Source: an uncultured Planctomycetales bacterium
Lineage (GTDB): Bacteria; Omnitrophota; Gorgyraeia; Zapsychrales; Aceulaceae
NCBI GenBank assembly: GCA_964648665.1
Contig: CAZYOA010000010.1
Span: 1 to 62,962 of the forward strand
Direction of reading: 5' to 3'
DNA: 62,962 nt
Every line of letters begins with the position of its first letter. Position 1 is the stretch's first letter. Made by a program: the position numbers and the translations under genes. Below are positions 39,001 to 42,000 of this stretch, one piece after another. Below the pieces are notes generated by a model that saw only the letters and a program-made list of their open reading frames with translations, was not told the DNA's origin and did not search any database.

Positions 39001-42000
39001 ACAATACACTAGATTGGTTTATGATTGTGCTGACAACGGAACAAAAGAAATTGAAATAACCGGAGGGCTCGAGCCGCTTACTGATGTTTCTGCTGTGATT
39101 GCAATAATTAAGGCTGCAATAAAAAAAGATTTAATAGTTTATATTTATACTTCAGGAATTCCAAGGCAATTTCAGGTAGGTATGCCTTGGTTACTTAAGA
39201 CAAGTAAGGTGAGGATAAGCTTGCATGCTGCAACGTCAGGGACATATCATAAGGTTGTTCGGCCGAGCACTAAGGAGGAACAATCTAAGAGAATATTTCT
39301 TTCGGTTTTAGAAAATCTGCGTTTACTCGTTGAAAAAAGAAATAGTGATCCAATATCCAAGACTTGCCTGGGGATTAATATTGTTTTAACTGAGTTTAAT
39401 TATCATGAAATTGTTTTGATAGCTGATTTGGCTTATGATTTGGGATTAGATTTCTTGGATATTCGTTTAGATTTTCAAGATAGTGAATATTTTACACAAG
39501 AGCAAGAAGCAGAGCTTGTAGGTCTTATGGGAAAGCTTCGTAGAAATACGAGTGAAAAGAAATATGGAGATTTAAGGATCAGTTTTCCTGTTTGCTTTCT
39601 TCCTTTTGATGGTTATTTTATCAAATGGCAAGATTATCCAGAAGACGTAGATACATATTCTGAGTTTGGAACATACCCCTTTGAAATTATAATTGATCCT
39701 TTTGGAGGTGTATTTTTTACTTCTACATCTGCAATGCCAGGTAATCGTCATCTTGACATTCTTGAAAACAAAGAATTAGGTGTCGTAACAGGTAATGCTG
39801 ATGAAGAAATTAAGATGATATTAAAAAAAAATATAGAAAAAAGAAGAAAATTTAAATTTACTGCAAAAGAATTGAATGTTTTTACTAGAAAAATGTTGCT
39901 TGATTTAAAAGCGATAGAAAAATCAACAGGTAGCAGTGTTTTGATTGCTCAAGAAGTTCTTAATAATTTTTTTAATAGAGGAATCGTTTTGGAAATAGTC
40001 GATTATGAGCATAGTGCGAATGCTCCGCCGCAAGGCGTTATCTCCTCGCCTGTGAAATTTATACTTGTTGCAAAGCTGGATTCTTATTGTTTTGACTATG
40101 ATTTTGAAGATACAATGTATGTCTTAGAAGCTCTTCCATCAGATAAAAATTTGAAGAGTTTTCTTGATAATCAAGACATGGAATTTGCCTTTGTGATGAT
40201 GATCACAAATCAAGGTCCAAAGTTGTTTATGATTAAGGGGCGAACAAGTAGGCAGGCTGTGCATATTCAAAAATTAATTAGGAGCGTGTTGAGTAGTTAT
40301 AAAGGAAAGATATTATTTGCATTACATAATCATCCTATTGGTGCAGGTTACTTTCCGAGTAGAGGTGATTTTATGGGAATGATTGTGGAGTATGATGATC
40401 TAGTTGAATTGGTTGAGAAATTTTACCTGTACAGTCCTTTTCATAGAGCGTACATAGAATATAGCAATAAGAAAGAAGTAGAAGATGAAGTTCTTCGATT
40501 TAAAGTAGAGTTTTCAGATGGGAATTCTGATGAGTTTCATTTTGAAGAAACTTATAGCTATTTCTTTAATTATCCTTTTGATCCAAGAAAGGAGATTAAG
40601 CTAGATAATTCCGCTGTTAACGAGGAGTATATTAGGTTTGTTGAGAAATTAGAAGAAAGACGAGTAATGTTTTTAGGATGGGTATTAGATGGGGCAAAAA
40701 AAATAATCATAGAATCGTGTATTGGAAATGTGGCTATTTGGCATAAAGATCTTAACCTTCTTAATGATTTCGCGCTCAATGTCAATAATGATTCAAGATC
40801 ATATTTGCGAAAAGTAAGCTTGGTGATTGATAGATTTGATTTAAGTTTTTTAACTTATTTTTCGAATAAATCTTTTCTTTCGTCGGTAAAGAAGACAAAT
40901 CTGTTTTGTTTTCGAGGCGGACAAGAGCCTCCAACTGTCCAGGCTGTGTCTTCAAGTATTGCTTTAACTTATATGATAGGCTCTGGCTGCTTGACGTTTG
41001 CGGCAGAGTTTTTAGGAAATTATTTTGCTACTAAGAAATTTGATCTTAAGCATGCTTTGCCATTTTTTGTTTTTGGCGCGTTGGCAGGATATGAGTTTAT
41101 TTCATTAACGGATTTTGTTTATGTTCAGATACCTTTGCTTAGCTTTGGAGTGAATGATATTTTTAGGGCTGTATCGCTTATGGTGATAGGAGGATTCATT
41201 GGAGTTCAGTATTTATTATTTAATCATTTATTGCACAAGATCTTTCTTAGAGACAAAGACCTGACCGACGAGGCAGAGCTTGATTTTAATCTTAAGAATC
41301 AAATGAGAAAGATCGTTAAAGTGTCCCCTGTTTTAGGTCTCATCATTTTCTTAAAATATTTTCTTATTCAGCGTTTTTTGCCAGAATTGTTACAGCCAGC
41401 TGTGCTTATGTTTTGGGGCTCTTTAACGCTTGTTGTAGCTAGTTGGGCTGCTAACTCTGAGAAAGTCGTAGTTTACAAGGAGTTGCTAGATAAGGTTAAG
41501 GGGCGGATAGGAATGAGTTCTAAAAAGCATAATTTAAAAAAGTCTTCTAGCTCGCTCCTGGTTTCGAGCAATATGCGAAATCCTTCATCTAGTCTTCGTC
41601 GTCATCGGATGGTTTGGTTAATAAGGTCTATTTCTGATCACCTTCCAGAAGTATTTCAGAAAATTGAGAATAAATTTAATGAAAATTCTGATTATGTGAA
41701 TATTTTAAAAAGTCTTAATGATCTTCGAGATATTAGAATTTCTGTTATTCACACGCATATTCATATGGACACACATAGATTTGATCGGCTTTGGGATAAA
41801 ATGATTGATGTTGTTTTAGAATCCATTGATGAAGTAAGAAGTCTTTATGTTGAGGCGGAAACACTTTTTATCGATGAAAGCGACTCTGTTGATAAGAATT
41901 TCAAGGGGGAAGATTGGAGTGATATTGTATGGGTTTTGTATTCGATGAGCATTAACGAAAAGAAAAAGCTAGAACGTTTTCTTGTTTTGTTTCCCGCAGC

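Noticed and set aside
40320-40345. HNH string read as an HNH endonuclease
   Set aside because: The context HNHP...PSRGD fits the JAMM HxH(x)7S(x)2D motif; the beta-beta-alpha-Me spacing is absent.
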